DNA of 64,000 bases from Bulleidia sp. (GTDB lineage: Bacteria; Bacillota_I; Bacilli_A; Erysipelotrichales; Erysipelotrichaceae), in NCBI GenBank assembly GCA_041859965.1, contig JBFLGD010000007.1:11885-75884 (forward strand). Direction: 5' to 3'. The notes under the pieces were generated by a model. It was not told where the DNA came from, did not search any database, and saw nothing but the letters and a program-made list of their open reading frames with translations. Shown piece after piece: positions 8,385-17,477 of this stretch; within the stretch, counting starts at the first letter, position 1; every line of letters begins with the position of its first letter. Position numbers and translations under genes: made by a program.

Positions 8385-11300
8385 ATGAAAAAGATCCTGA
8401 GCAGAATGAAGGACAACTGCAGAAAGGGATTCACGTTAGCAGAACTGATGATTGTTGTATCAATCACCATCATACTGGCGTCAATCGGAACCATTGCAAT
8501 TGTTCAATATCAGAAAAACTTAAAACTTGCGGAAATGAACAATATGGCCCGTGAGATTTTCGTTGCGGCTCAGAATCACTTAACAGACTCCAAGACAACA
8601 GGCAGCTGGCAGGAGTATGCTTCTACACTGAACAGCGGAGAAACTGCTTCAACAGACAGTTCTGTTTCAATAGACAATGCAGACAGCGCCTATCAGGGTG
8701 CAGTCACAGGAACAAAGTATTATTATGCTATCTACAGTTCAGATAAATCGGATGTACTGACTGATTCCAATTATGCACTGTCATATATGCTTCCATTTGG
8801 ATCGCTTGAGGATACAGTCAGAACATCCGGAAGCTATGTGATCATCTTCAATCCTGACAATGAAACAATTCATACTGTGTATTATACAGAGAAGGAGAAC
8901 TTTACCTCTGATGAAGTATCCAAACTGATGTCCATGGATAAAGGCGCATGGACTGTTATGACTGAGAAGGAGATTCCTGTCGGTGTTTATGGCGATGCGG
9001 ATAAGGGAAAATTCACAGCAACTGCATTGAAAACACCTGTGATTACTGTTCATAATGAAGATACCTTGAATATAGATATTCAGGATCTGAACACAGAGAA
9101 TACAACATTGGAGTTTACAGTCAGCGGTTTAACTAGCAAAGCAACAGCTAAGTTTGAAGTGACGCAGAACAATGGAACCGTGACTGTACTGAGCAAAGAC
9201 AATAACAGCACATGGACATACAGCAGTTCCAGCAAAACATTCAATGTTGTTCTGGATGATATCAGAACACAGAATCAGAACTTTATTACAAAGTTCTCTA
9301 AATTCTATCCGGGAGAAAACATAAGTGTAACAGCAAAGTTTAAATCGAGAACCACTTCGTCTGTATCTGTCAGTGCAAGTTCGATTACCAATTCACTGTA
9401 TGCTTCTGTTACGGATGAGAATGATGCTGGCACCAAGGTGAGTGCAGTTATCAATAATCCAAGACATCTGCAGAACCTAGACAGTTCTGTATCTTATGTA
9501 AATGCTTCCTATAAGAACAATGCAAATGGACTCACGGTAGACAATGCAGTGATTGCTTCTGATCTTGACTGGGCTGACTTTATCAGTGAAAACTGTGTAT
9601 ATAGAGCAACTGGCAAGGCAGTTGATGATGTTTCAAGTACGCATAGTTCAAAGTTCAGTTCTATCGTTAATGATTCATTGACTTCATTGACAAGTGATAC
9701 AGAAGGGACCTCACGTACTTTATCGAACTTTAACTTTGGATCCAATGGAGATGGAGCCGGTCTTTTAGGTGAGATTAATTTAACTTCAGCAGGTTTTAAG
9801 ATCAGCGACATCAATCTTGAGAACTGTAGATCCTACGGAACTGACAGTGTTGGAATGCTGGTTGGAATTGTTAACAATAACAATACGAGTGCTTATGTAC
9901 AGGTAAGCAATGTACATGCATATATGAAGGCAACAAGCACGCTGTCGATAGCGGACGCCTACAGTGAAGCAAGTGACTCTGATAACAGACGTATTGTGGA
10001 TGGAGGAAATAAATCCACAATCGGCGGACTGATAGGTACAGTTGATGGCAATCTAAGCATGAGGAACTCCTCGGCTTCTGTGAGAGTCGGTGATGGCAAG
10101 CAGATATATGCTGGTGGAATGATAGGAAGAATCACTTCAGGCACTGTATCAATCAATGAGTCGTATGTAGGCGGCTACCTTGGTAAGAATGGTACAAAGA
10201 CATCCTATGATATGGATAAGCCCAATGTTATGGCTTCAAACGGAAATACTGCAGCCGGTGGATTTATTGCCCAGGCAGATAATGCGGCTGTCACAATTAA
10301 GGAATGCTATACAACAGCATCTGTTTATGGACATACAGCCGGTGGATTTATTGGTGTCGATAATACGGGTGTCAGATATGCAGATGTTTATACGACTTCA
10401 TTTGTTCAGGGCAATACAGTTGGAAGATTTGTTGGTACAGGTACAGGCACACTTATTAGCTACAATACATATGCCGGTGTTTTAGAGACATCGCAACTTT
10501 ATGATATGAGCGGCAAGACAGCAGCTGAATCAGCACAGCCTTCATATGTAACTGAATTCCTTTCTTCAGAACTTAAGAACCAGTCAGGAAGCAGTACACA
10601 GACAGCATCTGTATATTCGTCTTCAGCATTGAAGAGTGCGGTATATCCATATCCTTCCAGTGCATCCAAGGGTACGCACTATGGAGACTGGGTAGAGGCA
10701 GCTGATCCTATTATCCCTACAGATGGCATAGGATTCCTTTATTACGAGAAGGTGGATGGAAGCTATTACTATAATGGAGTGCAGTGTTCTAAGAATGGAA
10801 AAGTAACGGCTGTAAGCAATCCAACATTGCTTAATAATGGCGGAACATACAGCCACTATACTGTTGAGGATGATGGGTACATTCTTGTCATTCCAAACGG
10901 ATATCTGGCAAGCAACTGGAATACAAGATTTTCTTTCAATTCCTATCATGGATACGATGATACACAGTGGGGAGGGATCTCCCTGGATTTACTGTATAGA
11001 AGTGGACTTGTCTCTTATACGTCAAGCACAATAACTTCAGCACTGGGAATTGGAGATGGGTATACTGCTGTTACGATTAATAAGAACAGCAGAACACTGG
11101 ATTATATGAATAATGACAGTCAGGGCGGACTGTCCATATATTTCAGAGGAAATGATGATATTCAGCGAAATTCTATAAAGGGAACGTTCAATTATAACTA
11201 TTGTTTTGGCAACAGTATTGAGGGAAGTACTAGAGATGCTGTTAACACCCCATATGAAATTAGAAGTGCTTCTCAGCTGAAACTACTCTTTAACGATAAC

Positions 11301-13574
11301 AGTGCTGATACATTCCTGAATTCGAATCATAAATATACTGTGACACAGACAATGGATATTACCGCAGAATCCAATATGTCGACTCTTGATGAACTCTTTG
11401 GAACATATCAGGGCATTATGATGGATGATGGCAATTACTCAAAATTATCCGATTTTGATTCTACTTTTGTAGGGTATGTAGGTCCGACCGGAATCATTCA
11501 GAATATCGTATTTGACGGCACTTACATAGATTCAAAATATGATCTTTACAGATACAATGGAGGATATGGAACATTCGTCTCTTCCTTGGAAGGAAAACTT
11601 CAGAATGTGACAGTCAATAACACTTCTGTGAAGGCAGGCAGCTGGAATTACAGCAGCTACAACTTCGGTGTTATAGGCTCAATGAGCGGAGGAAGCACTT
11701 CTGCAGTCAGCAACGTTAAAATTAGCAATGTTGATTTCACCGGTACATCTTTCTATGCAAACAGCCTTGGAGTTATCGCATCTGCAGGGGCTGGAAGTAT
11801 AACTGATACTTCTATTACAGGCGTCAGTATTAAATGTCCTACTTTGGCAGCAAAGAATACCGGTGTGATTGCGGCTGCTACCGGTGGATTTGTATCATGT
11901 AAGAATCTGACAATATCAGATGTTAATTGTACAGACAGCAAAGTCACATCAGATAATACCTTTGGTGCTATAGGAAGTGTGTCTGGCGGAAGTCTTGATA
12001 CAGTTTCAATCAGCAAGGTGAATATTAATGATTCTACAATCACTTCAGATTATGTAGGGGCAGTGGCGAATCTTGAATATGGCAGCGGAACGGTCTCAGG
12101 GCTGTCTGTCAGCAATATTAATGTCACAGACAGTACGATCAATTCAACGGTCACCGGTATAGGAATCGGCGGTATTGAAAATCAGACAATTTATAATACG
12201 TCTGTTTCAGATATAAAGATTTCAAAGGTGACAAATAAATCGTCATCCTCTGCTGGAATTATTGGAGAGATCGATAATGACGGGTATCTGAACAATACAG
12301 TAATTAGAAATATCTCAATACTTGATTCAAGTATAACTGCACAGTACACAGGTGCTATTGGAAATGTTGCTTCATCAGGGGCAGGAGTATACAACACATT
12401 AATTTCAGGTGTAACAATCGGTACCGATCCAGCGGATGATGAAGATGAAGTCAATGCGAAACTTGATGCGACTTATGCAGGCATAGCAGTTGGTTTCAAC
12501 AAAGGCGTTATTTCCGGTATCACGGTGGGAACACATGAAGCCGGTGTTACAGTCAACAAAGTGAATATTGATGCGGATAACTTTGGAATTATTGCATGCA
12601 ATTCCAATAATAATGGTTACATAGTTGACTATATTGATTCTGATGGCAACGGTGTTTCTGATGGGCAGTCAACATTTGAGCATATATCTCTGACAAATCT
12701 TACATTGAAGAATACTTCTGGCTATAATGTGCTGAATGCAGGAATCATCGCGAATAACTCCGGTATAATCACAGACTTTGCAATGAAGGATATTGTGATG
12801 ACGGGTTGGAATCTCCCGACGGATATTACGTCAATCAATGCTGGCGCAATAGGCAATAATTCTGGAACTATTGATAGAACAAGCGAATTTGAAACAAATC
12901 CTGTACGAAATCTGACAATGTCTGGTTTCACTTCCGGGACTGACAAGACTGCATATACAGATTATGCATTTGCAGGATTGAATTCTGGCTACAGTACATT
13001 GCTCAGATACATTACGATCAATGATTACTATACCGAAGGCTATGGAGCTGTCTATAACAATGCTGATGGTTCAACGATCAGCAATATCACAATCGATATG
13101 ACAGATCATACAGATGACATTCCATATGTGATCGATCCCGCTGATCCAAATGCTACAGAGAACAGAGTGATTCCGCATATTGGCAGAGATGGATTTGCAT
13201 ATAAGAATAGTTCCAGAGTATCAACGTGTGTGATCACGAATGCTGTTAAAGATACAGCAAATCCTGAGAACAGCAGCATCCTTGGCAATGTCTTTATTGA
13301 AGCAGCGAACAATACTGGAACCATCGACGACTGTGAAGTCACAGACTCTAATGGAACTGTATTGTGGCCTGTGACATCCAGAATGAGTGTTGCACCAGCT
13401 GCCGTCACACAGCAGCCTTCAACGCCGTCTGCATCCGCACAGAGCAATGCTTCGGCATCTGCATCATCATCCGCTGACAGCACAGCATCTGCTTCCGCTT
13501 CACCTTCACCTTCTCCGTCGGCTTCTTCAGCAGCTGGAAGCAGTGCATCACCTTCTGCTTCTGCAGGACAGTGA
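8385..13574 (+). CDS. Giant pilin/adhesin (~1,730 aa): class III signal, Ig-like segment, two GLUG-like beta-helix modules, S/A/P tail
   Basis: RKG|FTLAELMIVV at 8421-8450; repeated GGxIG/GVIG/GAIG units; start moved from 8334 to ATG 8385 (8406 also possible). Confidence 0.85.
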   Translation: MKKILSRMKDNCRKGFTLAELMIVVSITIILASIGTIAIVQYQKNLKLAEMNNMAREIFVAAQNHLTDSKTTGSWQEYASTLNSGETASTDSSVSIDNADSAYQGAVTGTKYYYAIYSSDKSDVLTDSNYALSYMLPFGSLEDTVRTSGSYVIIFNPDNETIHTVYYTEKENFTSDEVSKLMSMDKGAWTVMTEKEIPVGVYGDADKGKFTATALKTPVITVHNEDTLNIDIQDLNTENTTLEFTVSGLTSKATAKFEVTQNNGTVTVLSKDNNSTWTYSSSSKTFNVVLDDIRTQNQNFITKFSKFYPGENISVTAKFKSRTTSSVSVSASSITNSLYASVTDENDAGTKVSAVINNPRHLQNLDSSVSYVNASYKNNANGLTVDNAVIASDLDWADFISENCVYRATGKAVDDVSSTHSSKFSSIVNDSLTSLTSDTEGTSRTLSNFNFGSNGDGAGLLGEINLTSAGFKISDINLENCRSYGTDSVGMLVGIVNNNNTSAYVQVSNVHAYMKATSTLSIADAYSEASDSDNRRIVDGGNKSTIGGLIGTVDGNLSMRNSSASVRVGDGKQIYAGGMIGRITSGTVSINESYVGGYLGKNGTKTSYDMDKPNVMASNGNTAAGGFIAQADNAAVTIKECYTTASVYGHTAGGFIGVDNTGVRYADVYTTSFVQGNTVGRFVGTGTGTLISYNTYAGVLETSQLYDMSGKTAAESAQPSYVTEFLSSELKNQSGSSTQTASVYSSSALKSAVYPYPSSASKGTHYGDWVEAADPIIPTDGIGFLYYEKVDGSYYYNGVQCSKNGKVTAVSNPTLLNNGGTYSHYTVEDDGYILVIPNGYLASNWNTRFSFNSYHGYDDTQWGGISLDLLYRSGLVSYTSSTITSALGIGDGYTAVTINKNSRTLDYMNNDSQGGLSIYFRGNDDIQRNSIKGTFNYNYCFGNSIEGSTRDAVNTPYEIRSASQLKLLFNDNSADTFLNSNHKYTVTQTMDITAESNMSTLDELFGTYQGIMMDDGNYSKLSDFDSTFVGYVGPTGIIQNIVFDGTYIDSKYDLYRYNGGYGTFVSSLEGKLQNVTVNNTSVKAGSWNYSSYNFGVIGSMSGGSTSAVSNVKISNVDFTGTSFYANSLGVIASAGAGSITDTSITGVSIKCPTLAAKNTGVIAAATGGFVSCKNLTISDVNCTDSKVTSDNTFGAIGSVSGGSLDTVSISKVNINDSTITSDYVGAVANLEYGSGTVSGLSVSNINVTDSTINSTVTGIGIGGIENQTIYNTSVSDIKISKVTNKSSSSAGIIGEIDNDGYLNNTVIRNISILDSSITAQYTGAIGNVASSGAGVYNTLISGVTIGTDPADDEDEVNAKLDATYAGIAVGFNKGVISGITVGTHEAGVTVNKVNIDADNFGIIACNSNNNGYIVDYIDSDGNGVSDGQSTFEHISLTNLTLKNTSGYNVLNAGIIANNSGIITDFAMKDIVMTGWNLPTDITSINAGAIGNNSGTIDRTSEFETNPVRNLTMSGFTSGTDKTAYTDYAFAGLNSGYSTLLRYITINDYYTEGYGAVYNNADGSTISNITIDMTDHTDDIPYVIDPADPNATENRVIPHIGRDGFAYKNSSRVSTCVITNAVKDTANPENSSILGNVFIEAANNTGTIDDCEVTDSNGTVLWPVTSRMSVAPAAVTQQPSTPSASAQSNASASASSSADSTASASASPSPSPSASSAAGSSASPSASAGQ
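13384..13571 (+). repeat. Low-complexity Ser/Ala/Pro coding tail
   Basis: SASAQSNASASASSSADSTASASASPSPSPSASSAAG. Confidence 0.8.
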
Positions 13575-13583
13575 AGACAAAGG

Positions 13584-13612
13584 TTCAAAAATCAACACAA
13601 CTGCAGTAGAAT
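13584..13612 (+). promoter_or_regulatory. Sigma70 promoter of pfkB gene (likely leaderless)
   Basis: TTCAAA-17-TAGAAT, 7 nt, then ATG 13620; no SD. Confidence 0.6.
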
Positions 13613-13619
13613 AGTTAAC

Positions 13620-14528
13620 ATGAAAACTCTGGTAATAGGCTCATGTGTATGTGATGTAAGTATCTATCTGGACCATCTGCCATCAACAGAGGAAGATATC
13701 AACACTAAGGCACAGAAAATGTCTCTTGGCGGATGCGCTTATAACGTATCCAACATGCTCAGACTGTTTTCTGTGCCTTATATGCTGTATGCCCCTGTAG
13801 GTACAGGTATATTCGGTGACTATGTAGACAGCCATCTGCGTGCACAGGGCGTTATGCCTGCTAGACGTGTACAGGAGGAGAATGGTGCCTGCTACTGTCT
13901 GATTGATGAAGAAGGCAACCGTTCCTTTATGGCACTTCATGGAGCAGAATATCATATTCATAAAGATTGGCTGGATGAATTGGATATGCATGCGTATGAC
14001 ATGGTCTATGTATGCGGACTGGAATTAGAGGAAACAACAGGCGAGGAGATCCTTTCCTTCCTTGAAGAGCATAGAGAACTGAAAGTCGTATTTGCTTCGG
14101 GTCCACGTATTCAGTATATACAGAAGGATAGAATGGAAAGAATGATGAAGCTCCATCCTTTATGGCATCTGAATGGAAGAGAAGGAAGAACACTGCTGGG
14201 AGATATGTCATTGAGTGCACAGGAAACTGTAAAACGTCTGCATTCTCTTAGCGATGGTGCTGTGATTATGACAGATGGCGGAAATCCAGTGACAGTCTAT
14301 GACAATAATGATGTGGAGAGCATTCCAGTTGAGAAGGCTGAAGCAGTGGATGGCAATGGTGCCGGGGATGCACACATTGGTACTCTTATGGCACTTCTGC
14401 AGAAGGGATTTACACTGGAGAAGGCAATACAGAAGGCAAATCTTATCAGTGCTGCAGTGCTTGGCACAAAGGGAGCAGTACTCCCTGATGACAGATTTAA
14501 TACGATTAAAGACGGCATTCTTCGTTAA
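13620..14528 (+). CDS. PfkB/ribokinase-family carbohydrate kinase
   Basis: GGCAYNV N-terminal and DGNGAGDAH C-terminal PfkB signatures. Confidence 0.9.
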   Translation: MKTLVIGSCVCDVSIYLDHLPSTEEDINTKAQKMSLGGCAYNVSNMLRLFSVPYMLYAPVGTGIFGDYVDSHLRAQGVMPARRVQEENGACYCLIDEEGNRSFMALHGAEYHIHKDWLDELDMHAYDMVYVCGLELEETTGEEILSFLEEHRELKVVFASGPRIQYIQKDRMERMMKLHPLWHLNGREGRTLLGDMSLSAQETVKRLHSLSDGAVIMTDGGNPVTVYDNNDVESIPVEKAEAVDGNGAGDAHIGTLMALLQKGFTLEKAIQKANLISAAVLGTKGAVLPDDRFNTIKDGILR

Positions 14529-14563
14529 GGAGAATGTTTTCTTTCTTTTTATTTTCATGAAAA

Positions 14564-14580
14564 AGTAACTGTGAGTTACA
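14564..14580. promoter_or_regulatory. GlnR/TnrA-like box upstream of gdhA
   Basis: AGTAA-N7-TTACA, one mismatch to TGTNA-N7-TNACA; candidate promoter TTTTCA-17-TAGAAT at 14598-14626. Confidence 0.45.
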
Positions 14581-14650
14581 GTATACCGAAAGATGTGTTT
14601 TCATGACGGCTAAAATGGAATAGAATAGGAATGTTTCAAAGGAGACAGGA

Positions 14651-14800
14651 ATGTACATCTTTGATAAACAAAATATAAACAGTCAGATTAATCTGTCATC
14701 GCTGATGTACTACAGTCTGAGTATCTGCGGAAGAGTTGCAGGCTCCAGGGTGCATAGGGATTATCCCGGCGATGTTATTAACCAGTTCTTCATCCGCTGA
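14651..14800 (+). CDS. Unannotated 49-aa small ORF in gdhA leader
   Basis: SD AAAGGAG; MYIFDKQNINSQINLSSLMYYSLSICGRVAGSRVHRDYPGDVINQFFIR*; below ORF-track cutoff. Confidence 0.4.
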   Translation: MYIFDKQNINSQINLSSLMYYSLSICGRVAGSRVHRDYPGDVINQFFIR

Positions 14801-14850
14801 AGTGTGTTTTCAGCAAGATACATATAAAACAGAAAGAAGAGGAAGAAGAA

Positions 14851-16197
14851 ATGAACGAATATGTTGAAAGAGTAATCGCATCTACGAAAGCAAAGAATCC
14901 GGATCAGCCTGAATTCCTGCAGACAGTCACAGAAGTACTGACATCTCTGGAACCGGTTGTTGCAGCACATCCGGAATATGAGAAGAATGCTATTCTGGAA
15001 AGAATGGTAGAACCTGAAAGACAGGTAATGTTCAGAGTTGTATGGACGGATGATGAAGGCAAAGTACAGGTCAACAGAGGCTATCGTATTCAGTTCAACG
15101 GCGCTCTGGGTCCTTATAAGGGAGGCCTTCGTTTCCATCCGACTGTCAACCTTTCCATACTGAAGTTCCTGGGCTTCGAACAGGTACTGAAGAACAGTCT
15201 TACAACACTGCCTATCGGCGGCGGCAAGGGAGGCAGCGACTTCGATCCTCACGGAAAGAGCGATGCTGAGATTATGCGTTTCTGCCAGTCCTTTATGACA
15301 GAACTGCAGAGACATATTGGACCGAATGTTGATGTGCCTGCCGGTGATATCGGTGTAGGCGGAAGAGAGATTGGATTCATGTTCGGACAGTACAGAAGAA
15401 TCAGAGACTCCTGGGATAATGGTGTTCTGACAGGAAAGCCTCTGACATACGGCGGATCTCTGATTCGTCCAGAAGCGACAGGCTATGGTGCTCTGTACTA
15501 TGCAAATGAAGTATTTGCACATGAGAATGACAGTGCCAAGGGCAAGACATTCATCCTTTCTGGATATGGAAATGTTGCCTGGGGCTGTGCTAAGAAGATT
15601 GCTGAGCTTGGCGGGAAGGCTGTTACGATCTCTGGACATAATGGATATGTATATGATCCGGATGGAATTGTTACAGAGGAAAAGCTGAACTATCTGCTTG
15701 AAATAAGAGCTTCCAGAAATGCAAATGTTAAGATGTATGCTGATAAGTTCCACTGTGAGTTCCATGAGGGAGAAAAGCCTTGGGGCGTAAAGGGCGATGT
15801 ATATATTCCTTGTGCAACACAGAACGAAGTCGATGTTGAAGATGCTAAGAAGATCGCCGGATTCGGTGCTAAGTATTACTTTGAAGGATCCAACATGTCC
15901 ACCTCCAATGAAGGTATCGCTTATCTGCAGAGCAAGGGTGTTATTGTAGGACCGGCTAAGGCAGTCAATGCAGGCGGAGTTGCAGTATCTGCGCTGGAAA
16001 TGTCTCAGAATGCGGAACGTCTGTCATGGACCTCGGAGGAAGTTGATGAGTGGCTTCACAAGATCATGAAGTCCATCGTCAATGTCTCCGAGAAGGCAGC
16101 TGCAGAGTATGGTCTGGGATATGATCTGGTTAAGGGTGCCAACATCGCAGGTTTCACTAAGGTAGCTGATGCGATGCTGTCACAGGGACAGTTCTAA
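14851..16197 (+). CDS. gdhA: NADP-specific glutamate dehydrogenase
   Basis: GPYKGGLRFH, GGGKGGSDFDP, DVPAGDIGVG, RPEATGYG, NAGGVAVS. Confidence 0.97.
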   Translation: MNEYVERVIASTKAKNPDQPEFLQTVTEVLTSLEPVVAAHPEYEKNAILERMVEPERQVMFRVVWTDDEGKVQVNRGYRIQFNGALGPYKGGLRFHPTVNLSILKFLGFEQVLKNSLTTLPIGGGKGGSDFDPHGKSDAEIMRFCQSFMTELQRHIGPNVDVPAGDIGVGGREIGFMFGQYRRIRDSWDNGVLTGKPLTYGGSLIRPEATGYGALYYANEVFAHENDSAKGKTFILSGYGNVAWGCAKKIAELGGKAVTISGHNGYVYDPDGIVTEEKLNYLLEIRASRNANVKMYADKFHCEFHEGEKPWGVKGDVYIPCATQNEVDVEDAKKIAGFGAKYYFEGSNMSTSNEGIAYLQSKGVIVGPAKAVNAGGVAVSALEMSQNAERLSWTSEEVDEWLHKIMKSIVNVSEKAAAEYGLGYDLVKGANIAGFTKVADAMLSQGQF

Positions 16198-16208
16198 AAA
16201 TCATTCAT

Positions 16209-16252
16209 AAGCGGGGAAACGTCTGTTGAATACAGGGGATTCCCGCTTTTTT
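16209..16252 (+). terminator. Terminator after gdhA
   Basis: AAGCGGGGAA...TTCCCGCTTTTTT. Confidence 0.75.
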
Positions 16253-16272
16253 CGTGCATCAGAAGGAACTGT

Positions 16273-16329
16273 CTTAAGACTTTCTTAATGATTCTGGTGC
16301 TTTTTTCTTAATACAGATATTTCTACAAT
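16273..16329 (+). promoter_or_regulatory. OmpR/CiaR-type direct repeats plus TACAAT -10 ahead of dlt-like operon
   Basis: CTTAAG-N5-CTTAAT (16273-16289), third CTTAAT at 16307, TACAAT 16324-16329. Confidence 0.4.
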
Positions 16330-16524
16330 TAAACCATCAAAGGGGATGCTGAACATGAATAAACAGTCTAAATTGTATTAAGGTGTGAAATACCCGATTG
16401 CATTGTTTCAATGTTACATAAGTGTCATGACTGCTGTATGAGTACTTGTGATAGTATCGGAAGTATTAACACAGATAGAAAGGTTTCGCGGGAAGTGCTT
16501 TTCCCGAAGAATGAATGAAAACGT

Positions 16525-17451
16525 ATGAGATCAAATCAATACAGCTGGAAGAAAACAGTACTGTTTCTAATGTGCTTGGTAATGCTGCTGTTTGCAGCCA
16601 GCGCGCCATTTTATAAAGATGTTTCAGAGGGCTATCAGTATCAGAATGTGGGTCATAAGAAGCAAATGCTTGATTCTGTTAAGAAGGACAGTCTCGATGT
16701 TCTCCTGATGGGAGATTCACAGGTATGGGCAGGACTGTCTCCATTGCAGCTGTATGGAGAATATGGCATTGCTTCCTATAACTGTGCAACTTCAGGACAG
16801 TGTACCTATGACACAATGATTCTTCTGAAAGAAGCGCTGAAGAGACAGAATCCGAAAATAGTTGTTATAGGAACAAGCTCCTTCTATTCGGGACCGCAGC
16901 CACTGAAATTCCTGCTGACACATATACTGCCTGTCTTTCATTACCATGGTTTCAGCAACCGGAATACAAAGGCATACGGAGATGAAAAATATCTTGGCGC
17001 ACATCTGGTCAATACAGTGGATCCATATACGGGAAGCGGTAAATATATGGAGAAAAATAAAAAGTGTGATGAGATGTCACCTATTCAGAAAACATATCTG
17101 GATGATATGAAGGATATATGCAAGGCAAGAGGTATCAAGCTGGTCTTTGTTACAATGCCTACCGGCGTTAACTGGACAGATGGCAAACATGATGCGGTAC
17201 AGAAATATGCGGATGAATATAACATTCCATATTACGACTATAACGAAACAAAGGCTTTTACACGTCTCGGCTTCAACTGGTCTACTGATACAAGAGATGC
17301 TGGAAAACATGTCAACATTTCGGGATCCATTAAAATAACAAGAGACTTTGGGAGAATACTGAAAGCACATTATACGCTGCAGGATCATCGCGGTGAGAGT
17401 GAATATCAGAGCTGGGAAAATGAATATAAGAACTGCGGTTTCTATTCCTGA
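16525..17451 (+). CDS. Membrane-anchored SGNH-fold protein (DltD/AlgJ analogue)
   Basis: N-terminal TM, LLMGDSQ nucleophile block, DAGKH D..H block. Confidence 0.8.
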   Translation: MRSNQYSWKKTVLFLMCLVMLLFAASAPFYKDVSEGYQYQNVGHKKQMLDSVKKDSLDVLLMGDSQVWAGLSPLQLYGEYGIASYNCATSGQCTYDTMILLKEALKRQNPKIVVIGTSSFYSGPQPLKFLLTHILPVFHYHGFSNRNTKAYGDEKYLGAHLVNTVDPYTGSGKYMEKNKKCDEMSPIQKTYLDDMKDICKARGIKLVFVTMPTGVNWTDGKHDAVQKYADEYNIPYYDYNETKAFTRLGFNWSTDTRDAGKHVNISGSIKITRDFGRILKAHYTLQDHRGESEYQSWENEYKNCGFYS

Positions 17452-17477
17452 TGACCGCATGAAGGGAATATAGATAT

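Noticed and set aside
14761-15765. 334-aa antisense ORF over gdhA
   Set aside because: Shadow frame of a conserved, codon-biased gene; no SD or domain
16382-16520. DltX-like or Cys-rich small peptide ahead of the dlt-like operon
   Set aside because: Open frames exist but lack a start with SD or a TM segment; not supportable
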